The position numbers were made by a program, and so were the translations under genes. From Parcubacteria group bacterium (GTDB lineage: Bacteria; Patescibacteriota; Minisyncoccia; Moranbacterales; UBA2206), in the NCBI GenBank assembly GCA_041675165.1, contig JBAYUI010000001.1, positions 6,901-70,900 of the forward strand: a stretch of 64,000 bases of DNA, written 5' to 3'. Every line of letters begins with the position of its first letter. Within the stretch, counting starts at the first letter, position 1. The notes under the pieces are model-generated. The model searched no databases, was not told the origin of the DNA, and saw nothing but the letters and a program-made list of their open reading frames with translations. Of this stretch, positions 1 through 6,975 are shown in pieces.

Positions 1-213
1 GTCATTTTCTTTCAGTGCTGCATAGGTCAGATCCTTATAGGCCGTGAGCGCGCTGCCTGAGAAAAAATCACTGGCAATCTGGAATTTTCTGGTCACGAAG
101 ATCTTTTCTCCGTTTATGTTTATGCAGAAATAGCCTCTTTCCGGCACGATTTTTTCGATGGTGCCACCCATCTCCTCGACTACCTTTTTAATGATCGGTG
201 GATTTTTAATCAT
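1..213 (-). CDS. Partial CDS (N-terminus only, runs off the window): possible second ATP-grasp-type enzyme
   Basis: ATG on the minus strand at 211-213. The translation MIKNPPIIKKVVEEMGGTIEKIVPERGYFCININGEKIFVTRKFQIAS... is open to the window edge. It sits 4 nt upstream, on the same strand, of the RimK-like gene. The family assignment is tentative. Confidence 0.3.
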   Translation of the reverse strand, partial: MIKNPPIIKKVVEEMGGTIEKIVPERGYFCININGEKIFVTRKFQIASDFFSGSALTAYKDLTYAALKEND

Positions 214-217
214 AGGT

Positions 218-1651
218 TTATTTGTTCACATCAATTAAGAATTTCTTCAAATTGTAACGGCCGATGATGGTGGGGTAGGTCAGATGCGAGCGGTCGACCA
301 AGGTGACTCTAGTGGTGAACAGCGTGTTATTGAGTTGAATAGAAATGTTGATCATTGGCCGATAGGTGAAGCCATGGGAAGAGCGGACGGGAATAGTGGA
401 GGCGATGTCGGGTACGTTTTTGAAGATGTCCCAACGTTGTTCCTTGGTCAGATTTTTGAGTTCATCATAAGGACGTTTCAGTTTCTCGAATTCTTCCACG
501 GTTGCTTCAAAGCCTAATTGTTTGGCTAACTCATCATCAATGGATGACCAGTCGGCTCCTGTGTCGATTTTGGCTTCCACCTCGACAAATTTTTCATCTT
601 TGCCGATCAGCTTCACTTTTTCCACGGTGCCTATAACTTTCTTGCCGGAAATTTCTTCCAGTTCCTCTTCGATTTCTCCGCCGAATAAGTCTTTGCCGAG
701 GCGGATGCCGCGTTCCAATGTTTTGATCTTCAGATCGGAAATTTTTTGCAGCCGTTTTTTGAGGCCCGCCAAATTGGCGATCTGGATGGAGAGTCCTGGG
801 CGGGCGTTGAGCTCCACAATCACCGGGCCACGTTCTTTATCAATAGCAATGTCCGCCCCTAAAAAGCCTAGGCCGGAAATCTCTTGGGCGCGTACGGCCA
901 TTTTCAAAATATCATTCCAATAAGGAATTTTTATTCCGGAGAGCAAAAGCCTGGTGTCTGGAGCATATTCCACCATAGTGCTTTTGCCTTGGACGGCACT
1001 GGTGGTGGTGCCGGTGGCCATATCGATGCCGACGCCGATAGCGCCTTGTTGCAAATTGGCTTTGCCGCCGGACAACTTGGTCGGCAGGCGGAGCATGGCC
1101 ATTACGGGTACTTTATTGAAAATGATGATGCGGATGTCGGGGATGCCTTTGAAAGAATAGGGTTTGAAAAGTTTCAAAAGTTGCAAACGTTCTTCAAAAA
1201 AAGCGATGTCAGGCGTGCCGGACAAAGAGTATGATCCGTCTAAAATATTTCGGATGTGATTTTTCAGATCGTCAACAGTGATGAGGGAGCGGTCCGCTTT
1301 GATCCAGGCGTCTTCACGATTTTTTTTCTTGCCATAGACCACGACGATACCTTCACCGCCAAACCCGCGATTGGGTTTCAGGGCAAAACTGCCGGGCAAT
1401 GTCTGCCAGTCAAAATTTTCCAACTCATCGATCGTTTTTATCTTAGTGATGAGATGCGGCACGGGCAGATCATTTTTAGCTAGCACTTTTTTGCTGAGTA
1501 ACTTGTTGTCGGCTAATTTTTTGGCGCGCGACAAATTGAAAGGCCGGATATATTCCAGATTCCGCGAATTCATCCCCAAGATCTGACGGCTGATCTTGCG
1601 ATAAGCATTAATTTTTCGGAAAAAATCAAACATAATTAAATCATAATGCAA
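218..1651 (-). CDS. RimK-like ATP-grasp ligase (alpha-L-glutamate ligase-related) fused to a C-terminal retropepsin-like domain (putative ATP-dependent zinc protease, DUF785-like)
   Basis: 477-aa ORF. The N-terminal two thirds shows ATP-grasp/RimK-like motifs (FALKPNRGFGGEGIVVV, GIDMATG, VIVELNARPGLSIQIANLAG). The C-terminal ~150 aa (KIDTGADWSSID...VRSSHGFTYRPMINISIQL..TTRVTLVDRSHLTYPTIIGRYNL) resembles the retropepsin-like domain usually associated with RimK. Confidence 0.65.
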   Translation of the reverse strand: MHYDLIMFDFFRKINAYRKISRQILGMNSRNLEYIRPFNLSRAKKLADNKLLSKKVLAKNDLPVPHLITKIKTIDELENFDWQTLPGSFALKPNRGFGGEGIVVVYGKKKNREDAWIKADRSLITVDDLKNHIRNILDGSYSLSGTPDIAFFEERLQLLKLFKPYSFKGIPDIRIIIFNKVPVMAMLRLPTKLSGGKANLQQGAIGVGIDMATGTTTSAVQGKSTMVEYAPDTRLLLSGIKIPYWNDILKMAVRAQEISGLGFLGADIAIDKERGPVIVELNARPGLSIQIANLAGLKKRLQKISDLKIKTLERGIRLGKDLFGGEIEEELEEISGKKVIGTVEKVKLIGKDEKFVEVEAKIDTGADWSSIDDELAKQLGFEATVEEFEKLKRPYDELKNLTKEQRWDIFKNVPDIASTIPVRSSHGFTYRPMINISIQLNNTLFTTRVTLVDRSHLTYPTIIGRYNLKKFLIDVNK

Positions 1652-1680
1652 ATGATGCGAATCTTATGCAAATACGCGAA

Positions 1681-2331
1681 TTAGAGGTGTTTTATAATTT
1701 CTTTGAAGCGCAGATATTCACTCAGGCGCAGCCCCGTCCATTTGCCGATAGCTACGTTGATGGGCACGGTAATAAGGATGAGCCAGGGCGCGCTGGCAAT
1801 GAGACGGATTAATGTTTCGGAACTGGCGATGAAAAAACCGATGATGGAAATGAACAGCGTTTCAGTGGCCAGCAAGATGGCCACGCGCGTGCCTTTTTCT
1901 ATTTGCACGGCCACAAATTTTTCGACGATAGTGATCATAATGAGAATAGGGAAAATGGACACCGCGGCCAGACCCGTGCGGTGTAGATCGCCGCCTAAGG
2001 TCAAAACGCCCAAAGTTAAAATGGCTACGGCCGTGAGCATAATAGCCACGCGTGGCAGATAGAGCAGGCGAAAAGGTTTCAAAATGAAACGCATCAGCAT
2101 CCCAGTCACAATGACTGAAATGAAAATGGTGATGCCATATTTCAAGCCATTGGTGGCGAGAAATGCGAAGGTCACGATGAGTGGGGTGTAGATGCCAAAG
2201 GCCTTCACGCCCACCACTTGGCGGAGGAGCGCGATGAAAGTGGCGATGATTGGAAGCATTAAAAGTAGAATAACTGTTTCAAAAGGCAAACCTTTTTGGA
2301 TGAAGAAAAGAATGATCGGGCTGATGTGCAT
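1681..2331 (-). CDS. Polytopic (about 7 TM) membrane protein, likely the partner of the RimK-like ligase
   Basis: 216-aa highly hydrophobic ORF, same strand and immediately upstream of the ATP-grasp gene (30-nt gap). Its position matches the conserved 7TM component of RimK-like/transglutaminase/7TM cassettes. No transglutaminase-like domain is present. Confidence 0.5.
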   Translation of the reverse strand: MHISPIILFFIQKGLPFETVILLLMLPIIATFIALLRQVVGVKAFGIYTPLIVTFAFLATNGLKYGITIFISVIVTGMLMRFILKPFRLLYLPRVAIMLTAVAILTLGVLTLGGDLHRTGLAAVSIFPILIMITIVEKFVAVQIEKGTRVAILLATETLFISIIGFFIASSETLIRLIASAPWLILITVPINVAIGKWTGLRLSEYLRFKEIIKHL

Positions 2332-2377
2332 AAAGTTAAGTTAAAAGTTAATAAAGTTAGAAAGTTTGTAAAGTTTA

Positions 2378-2866
2378 TTAGTAATGGAAAATATTCATTT
2401 TGCGACTATTGAGGTGACAGAGGGCAATGGCCAAGGCATCCGCCGTGTCATCCGGCTTGGGCAGGGTGGCAAGCTTCATAATATTTTTGGTCATTTCTTG
2501 GATTTGATTTTTGTCCGCCCGCCCGTAACCCGTCAGTGCCTGCTTGACTTGGAGCGGCGTGTAACCACACACCTTAACACCTTTTTCACGCAATGTCAAG
2601 AGAATCGCGCCTCGCGCTTGAGCCACTTGGATGACGGTTTTTTTGTTCTTGAAGAAAAAAAGTTCTTCAATGGCCGCTTCCTGCGGGGCATATTTATCAA
2701 TGATTTTTTTCAGGTCTTGCGAAATTTCCAAAATCCGCTCATCATCCGATTTCTCTTTCTCCGTGCTGATGTGGCCATAGGCCAGCGGGACAAATTCACA
2801 ATTCTTCTCCGTCACAATCGCCCAACCCGTCGTGGCCGTCCCGGGATCGATGCCGAGCACTTTCAT
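2378..2866 (-). CDS. ruvC: Crossover junction endodeoxyribonuclease RuvC
   Basis: MKVLGIDPGTATTGWAIV... is a classic RuvC N-terminus, with a conserved acidic core. The ORF track extends to 2902; the internal Met at 2866 fits the family better. Confidence 0.85.
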   Translation of the reverse strand: MKVLGIDPGTATTGWAIVTEKNCEFVPLAYGHISTEKEKSDDERILEISQDLKKIIDKYAPQEAAIEELFFFKNKKTVIQVAQARGAILLTLREKGVKVCGYTPLQVKQALTGYGRADKNQIQEMTKNIMKLATLPKPDDTADALAIALCHLNSRKMNIFHY

Positions 2867-2964
2867 GCTGTCATTATTTGGTTGGGTAATATTTTTTTTC
2901 ATGCGGTTCTATATACATTATACTCCGAAAGGATGAGTTTAGATAATTTTTTTCAAATAAGAAA

Positions 2965-3768
2965 TCATTTTTCCCAAGTGGTGGGCAGATCATATTTGCC
3001 TTCCAGGTTTTTCCAAGTCAGCTCCACTATTTCTTTTATAGCTAGGGCAAACTTGGGAGATTCGATGATAAGCGTTTCGACGCTTTCAATGAGGCAAATG
3101 CGCACAAATTGATTGTCGCAAGATTCGATGGAAACTTTGGCGCTATAGATTTCCGGCGGCAAAAATTTGGCTTGGATGGATTTCAGTCCATCACCAAAGA
3201 ATTTTTCAAAGGGTTTCAATTGAGGTGTGTCGACAGTTATGCCGCGAACACGCGTGTTGTGAGCTTCTTTGTATTCATTCCATTCCAGGAATACTTGCGT
3301 GACAGCCGGAGAAGCATCTTCGTTGGAGGTGAAAAATCCAACAATTTCTTTTCCATATAAATCTTTCTGTCTATATTTGTAGGCTTGGCGCAAGCCTTCA
3401 ACGCCTTCGAAATACAGGATACTGGGTTTGTTAGTAGTGTTCTTTTGATAGGAGCGTAACTCGGGCAAGATTTTTTTAGCGGCCGAAAGGCGATCTTCTT
3501 GCTCCTCAATGAACGTATCTGGAGTTTTGGCGATGTATAGCTTCTTTTCTTCTCCTGGGATATGCACGATAAGACCTTTTTTGACCAGTTCCTCGGCGAT
3601 AATATAGGCAGTAGGGCGCTTGATGCCGGATTTGATGGCAATTTGATAGGGAGTGGCAGATCCAAGCTGAAGCAGGGCCAAATAGACCAGAACTTCTTTT
3701 TCGGACAAGCCTAAATTTTTTAGCGGTTCAATGAGATGGTTCATAGGAAGAGGAAAGTGGTTATACAT
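2965..3768 (-). CDS. TrmB-family transcriptional regulator (paralog 1)
   Basis: N-terminal wHTH region LGLSEKEVLVYLALLQLGSATPYQIAIKSGIKRPTAYIIAEELVKKGLI is typical of TrmB-like regulators, with a C-terminal effector-type domain. It is divergent from the small-ORF cassette locus. Confidence 0.65.
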   Translation of the reverse strand: MYNHFPLPMNHLIEPLKNLGLSEKEVLVYLALLQLGSATPYQIAIKSGIKRPTAYIIAEELVKKGLIVHIPGEEKKLYIAKTPDTFIEEQEDRLSAAKKILPELRSYQKNTTNKPSILYFEGVEGLRQAYKYRQKDLYGKEIVGFFTSNEDASPAVTQVFLEWNEYKEAHNTRVRGITVDTPQLKPFEKFFGDGLKSIQAKFLPPEIYSAKVSIESCDNQFVRICLIESVETLIIESPKFALAIKEIVELTWKNLEGKYDLPTTWEK

Positions 3769-3794
3769 GGATTATAGCAAGAATAGATTGAATA

Positions 3795-3809
3795 GTCAAT
3801 AAAGTTGAC
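3795..3809. promoter_or_regulatory. Palindrome GTCAAtaaagTTGAC in the TrmB1/cassette divergent intergenic region; candidate operator
   Basis: A perfect 5-bp inverted repeat read from the sequence. Related (A)TTGTCAA...TTGACAAT palindromes lie upstream of the other two TrmB paralogs. Confidence 0.3.
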
Positions 3810-3901
3810 GAATAAATATGTATATTAGTAGATTGTGGCTAATAAAAAGCAATAAATGGATAAAATCAGGGTATGTTTAGATAATAAAGTAGACATAGAT
3901 A

Positions 3902-3930
3902 TTGACTAATTTCCCAAAACGCGCTATACT
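3902..3930 (+). promoter_or_regulatory. Sigma70-like promoter P1 (TTGACT-N17-gcgcTATACT) driving the small-ORF cassette array
   Basis: -35 TTGACT at 3902-3907, 17-nt spacer, -10 TATACT at 3925-3930. Architecture and GCGCTATACT box are near-identical to the promoter at 48569-48597. The downstream leader motif GATGAGTTACGAAAAAAAGA is also shared with locus 2. Confidence 0.55.
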
Positions 3931-4038
3931 GTGTAGTCAAGATGAGTTACGAAAAAAAGACAGTCATCCTGACAACAGTTCATTACAATTTATCACCCCG
4001 CACAATCAAGGGTTCAAAATTTGGAAAGGATAAGTGTT

Positions 4039-4209
4039 ATGAAAAGCGTAACAAAAGTAGATTGGAAAGATAAAAGATTCCACATAGGATGGAGAAGTGA
4101 GGCGGAGTGGTATGCGTATTGTATAAAAATGGGGAAATTGACGATTGATGATGAGAATCTTGATCGCTACCCCCTGCGTCGTGCACTACTATCTGTCAAA
4201 GGACGCTGA
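4039..4209 (+). CDS. Cassette A: small hypothetical protein (56 aa)
   Basis: ATG at 4039 preceded by the conserved GGAAAGGA RBS-bearing header. The track start at 4021 is a TTG inside the header. No recognisable domain. Confidence 0.4.
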   Translation: MKSVTKVDWKDKRFHIGWRSEAEWYAYCIKMGKLTIDDENLDRYPLRRALLSVKGR

Positions 4210-4291
4210 AAAAGCGACGGCGCTGAGTCATCAGCGTAGCAACAGAAGTGAGGCCAATGAGGGTATGCTCATCGCATCACAAATGACAATC

Positions 4292-4424
4292 GGGCAAGGA
4301 GATTTAAAAAATCTTTCTTGCCCTCTCAATTAAGATTTTGAAATAAATTCGAAGTCTTATAGGGAAAAGTTCTTTGTAAAATATTGCCCAAGCAAGGGCT
4401 CAAAATTTGGAAAGGAGAAAGGCC
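4292..4424 (+). repeat. Inter-cassette unit 1: hairpin GGGCAAGGAGAT-N7-ATCTTTCTTGCCC + TCTCAATTAAG + conserved spacer + CAAGGGCTCAAAATTTGGAAAGGAGA header
   Basis: A ~133-bp unit with homologous copies at 5223-5347 and 5903-6004. A degenerate copy lies at 4997-5080, and header-only copies at 3990-4038 and 4861-4882. Confidence 0.7.
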
Positions 4425-4853
4425 ATGAGAAATATTTTTATATTACTCAAAGATTTCGGTGGAATGCTTAGAGTTGTCAACGCATCTTATAAATCATTCA
4501 ACATCAAGCAGAACAATGGTTCGTTGATAGAAATGGAATGTTTAGAAAGCGATTGGGCAATAGAATGGCACGAGCAGTATAAAAGTCGTGAGCCTGGATA
4601 TAATTTTGGTACTGGATCTGAGCTAAGGGCAAAATTATTTCTTTTGCGAAGCATGAATAGCGAAATTCCCCATAATGGTGGATACAGTATGACAAAACTG
4701 TACACCGGCCCCTCAGTGAAGATTGTTATGAATGAAGTGGAATATAGACTGGAGAAAAATTCCTTTTCATTCTGTTATCTGGGTGGGGATACGTATTATG
4801 GGGGAACAAGCATTTTCCCTCTGGCTGAATATTTGAAAAAATATCTCAAATAA
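4425..4853 (+). CDS. Cassette B: hypothetical protein (142 aa)
   Basis: ATG at 4425 directly after the conserved header/RBS (GGAAAGGAGAAAGGCC). No recognisable domain. The track start at 4407 is a TTG inside the header. Confidence 0.45.
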   Translation: MRNIFILLKDFGGMLRVVNASYKSFNIKQNNGSLIEMECLESDWAIEWHEQYKSREPGYNFGTGSELRAKLFLLRSMNSEIPHNGGYSMTKLYTGPSVKIVMNEVEYRLEKNSFSFCYLGGDTYYGGTSIFPLAEYLKKYLK

Positions 4854-4882
4854 AACAGTCCCAAGGGTTACAGGGTAAGTTG

Positions 4883-4996
4883 ATGAAAATAACCTGTGAC
4901 TTTGTGGAAACATTTCACGACGGTAAGGTCAACGCCGATAATGACTATCATCCGACTGATTCACGACACGGATCAAGAAATTGGGAGAAAGACTAG
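4883..4996 (+). CDS. Cassette C: candidate 37-aa peptide behind a truncated header copy
   Basis: The truncated header CAAGGGTTACAGGGTAAGTTG is followed by ATG at 4883, ORF MKITCDFVETFHDGKVNADNDYHPTDSRHGSRNWEKD, stop at 4994-4996. Below the ORF-track size cutoff. Confidence 0.25.
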   Translation: MKITCDFVETFHDGKVNADNDYHPTDSRHGSRNWEKD

Positions 4997-5222
4997 AAAA
5001 CTAATCTTTCTCCTCTCAATTGGAATTTTAAAATTAATTTTTTGAAGTTTCATAGAGACGAAATTCTTTAAGATAGATTTTATTAGCGGGTATTTTTGTT
5101 CCACCAGGGGGGATAGATAGGGCTTTGGCTATAATCCAATGACAATTTCTGTTTTGTGGAACAGAAATACCTATTCTTGGTCCCCTGTCTATGATGACAA
5201 AGGAGGTGATAAATAAGTCTGC

Positions 5223-5347
5223 GGGCAAGAAGATCAACAAATCTTCTTGCCCTCTCAATTAAGGTTTTAAAATTATTCTGAAATCTTATAGGGAAGTGTT
5301 CTTTATAAAATATCGCCCGATCAATGGCTCAAAATTTGGAAAGGAGA
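5223..5347 (+). repeat. Inter-cassette unit 3: perfect hairpin GGGCAAGAAGAT-caacaa-ATCTTCTTGCCC + TCTCAATTAAG + spacer + header
   Basis: 12-bp perfect stem at 5223-5252, then sequence about 85% identical to unit 1 through the RBS. Confidence 0.7.
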
Positions 5348-5896
5348 ATGGCTATGCGTGACATGGAAACTCTTATTGCGTTGTCTAATGGCGGCTTGAA
5401 TTTCAAAATCGGAATGGTTGAATACCCCAAAGAAGTTGACCCATCTTTTCCGAAGATGTTTCTCTATCGAGAAACATCCTATGGCAGAGAAGGTGTGCTA
5501 TGCTGGGTTGCTACACCAGAAAATACTTGTTGCAAAGATAATGTGCTCAATATCGAGAGTCTTTCTTTTGTAAAAGTATGTGGAGAAGCATTAAAATGTA
5601 TTGGTACTTCTTTGATTGAAACAGAGAAGTTAGAGGCGAGGCTTCTTCAGGAAATTCCTTTTGGATCTGCTGCTGGGAGAGATAAGCAGGATCATGATGA
5701 ATATATGGAAATGATCCACGATGCTCTAAATGGATTCTGCCAGCAGGTTGAAAAAGTTTTCTGGGAGAATGTTTATAAGCTCTCTTGCGAGATGAATATT
5801 CAAGAATTGAATATGGTTAGGTGTCATCGTTGGATAAAGATTAAAATTGATAAAGAAATGCAGAATGGAAATCCTGCATTTCAGTGGTATTTGTAA
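5348..5896 (+). CDS. Cassette E: hypothetical Cys-containing protein (about 182 aa)
   Basis: ATG at 5348/5354 after GGAAAGGAGA. The track start at 5324 lies inside the conserved header, where a G>T change creates an ATG. No recognisable domain. Confidence 0.45.
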   Translation: MAMRDMETLIALSNGGLNFKIGMVEYPKEVDPSFPKMFLYRETSYGREGVLCWVATPENTCCKDNVLNIESLSFVKVCGEALKCIGTSLIETEKLEARLLQEIPFGSAAGRDKQDHDEYMEMIHDALNGFCQQVEKVFWENVYKLSCEMNIQELNMVRCHRWIKIKIDKEMQNGNPAFQWYL

Positions 5897-5902
5897 GTGT
5901 AT

Positions 5903-6004
5903 GGGCAAGGAGATGATTCAATCTTCTTGCCCCTTCAATCAAGATTGCAAAAATGTTTTGTGATTTTGTAGAAGAAAAATTGTTCTTTAAATCCAAAAGG
6001 AGAG
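5903..6004 (+). repeat. Inter-cassette unit 4: hairpin GGGCAAGGAGAT-gattca-ATCTTCTTGCCCC + TTCAATCAAG + shortened spacer
   Basis: Homologous to units 1 and 3 but lacks the CAAGGGCTCAAAATTTGG block. It ends in the RBS AAAAGGAGAGATGG. Confidence 0.6.
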
Positions 6005-6286
6005 ATGGATATGAAAAAGATAATCGGTGGATTCGTGTCTGTTATTATTGTGCCTATGTTCCTTGTTTTTTTATGCCAAATTTTTGTGTATGATATGGCG
6101 CTGGAAGCTGTCTGGCCATTTCAAAACAAGGAGTTGGGCGAGTATGTACAAACGCTCCTAGTCAGTAAGGGCATTCCAGTAATATATTTGTATATTGCTG
6201 GAAGAATAGCGGGCGTAGGTTTGCTCGCCATGCTGACAGCCAGCGTCCTTTCTTTCAGGAAAGGAAAAGAGTGCGGAAAAGCTTAA
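6005..6286 (+). CDS. Cassette F: small two-TM membrane protein (93 aa)
   Basis: Two hydrophobic helices, VSVIIVPMFLVFLCQIFV and IAGRIAGVGLLAMLTASVL. It is the last ORF of the array before a strong terminator. Confidence 0.45.
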   Translation: MDMKKIIGGFVSVIIVPMFLVFLCQIFVYDMALEAVWPFQNKELGEYVQTLLVSKGIPVIYLYIAGRIAGVGLLAMLTASVLSFRKGKECGKA

Positions 6287-6304
6287 AAACTTTTCTTGTT
6301 CAAC

Positions 6305-6342
6305 CCCGGCCGTGGAATATTTTTCCTCGGCCGGTTTTTGTT
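6305..6342 (+). terminator. Rho-independent terminator closing the cassette array
   Basis: CCGGCCG-tggaatatttttcct-CGGCCGG followed by TTTTTGTT. Confidence 0.6.
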
Positions 6343-6549
6343 ATCTTTACGAACTACCCGCCTCGACTCGCGGAGACGATCCGCTCGTCGACGCGAGGCG
6401 GGCGGATTAGTACGAATGTACGAATAAAAAAGTACGCGTCATTATTTGTGTAATATATAAATACAATGTGGGATTAATATTGACCGGTGAATATTCACCC
6501 CCTGATAGTGACCTCAGGGTTAAGTGGATGCGCGAATAAAACTTTTGCG

Positions 6550-6578
6550 TTGACTAGTGCTTCTTTTTTAGATAGTAT
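6550..6578 (+). promoter_or_regulatory. Candidate promoter TTGACT-N17-TAGTAT upstream of the DUF4325-like gene
   Basis: Read directly from the sequence. The ATG at 6593 follows with a short, AT-rich leader. Confidence 0.3.
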
Positions 6579-6592
6579 AAAGACTATAAAAT

Positions 6593-6874
6593 ATGCGTAT
6601 TGAAATTAAAAAATTTGGTGAAATTTTAATCTCTCGCCCGGCTGGTAGGGAGGCATACTTAGCAATGTCTGCTTATATTATCAAAGAATTTAACGAAGAT
6701 GAGGTTATTGAAATAGATTTTTCCGGAGTCAAAGTGTTAACTCCTGCCTGGGCGGATGAAGTGATAACGCCACTCGCGCAAAAATTCAAAAGTGTGAAAT
6801 TGCTCAATACGGAAAATTCCTCGGTGCAAGCTACGCTGAAAACTCTGCGGGAATATTCTGATTTGAAGATATAG
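6593..6874 (+). CDS. STAS-like small protein (DUF4325-like)
   Basis: 93 aa. The pattern MRIEIKKFGEILISRPAGREAY...EIDFSGVKVLTPAWADEV matches what I recall of the DUF4325 STAS-like family. Confidence 0.45.
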   Translation: MRIEIKKFGEILISRPAGREAYLAMSAYIIKEFNEDEVIEIDFSGVKVLTPAWADEVITPLAQKFKSVKLLNTENSSVQATLKTLREYSDLKI

Positions 6875-6882
6875 CAGACCTT

Positions 6883-6920
6883 AAAAACAGCGTAGCCTAG
6901 GCGCTATGCTGTTTTTGTTT
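6883..6920 (+). terminator. Rho-independent terminator
   Basis: Imperfect 15-bp stem AAAAACAGCGTAGCC/GGCGCTATGCTGTTTTT followed by a T-run. Confidence 0.5.
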
Positions 6921-6932
6921 AGCTGATATTCT

Positions 6933-6975
6933 TTCCTAAAGCCGAGCTTTAGGAAGATTAGCTTTAGGAAGATTA
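6933..6975. repeat. REP-like hairpin TTCCTAAAGC-cga-GCTTTAGGAA with a tandemly duplicated 3' arm (GCTTTAGGAAGATTA x2); also present at 35598-35622
   Basis: Exact 10-bp arms at both sites. Here it sits between convergent genes (the DUF4325-like gene on + and yebC on -). Confidence 0.5.

Noticed and set aside
5034-5258. 74-aa minus-strand ORF in the cassette array
   Set aside because: It reads straight through the conserved 12-bp hairpin (GGGCAAGAAGAT..ATCTTCTTGCCC) and the degenerate unit copy. On the plus strand the region looks like a decayed cassette: a 25-aa remnant MTISVLWNRNTYSWSPVYDDKGGDK after an AAAGGAGG RBS.
3770-6345. Interpretation of locus 1 as a classical integron cassette array
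   Set aside because: No integron integrase (IntI) or attI is recognisable in the window, and the repeats do not show the attC R''/L''-L'/R' core organisation. Kept as a cassette-like analogy only.
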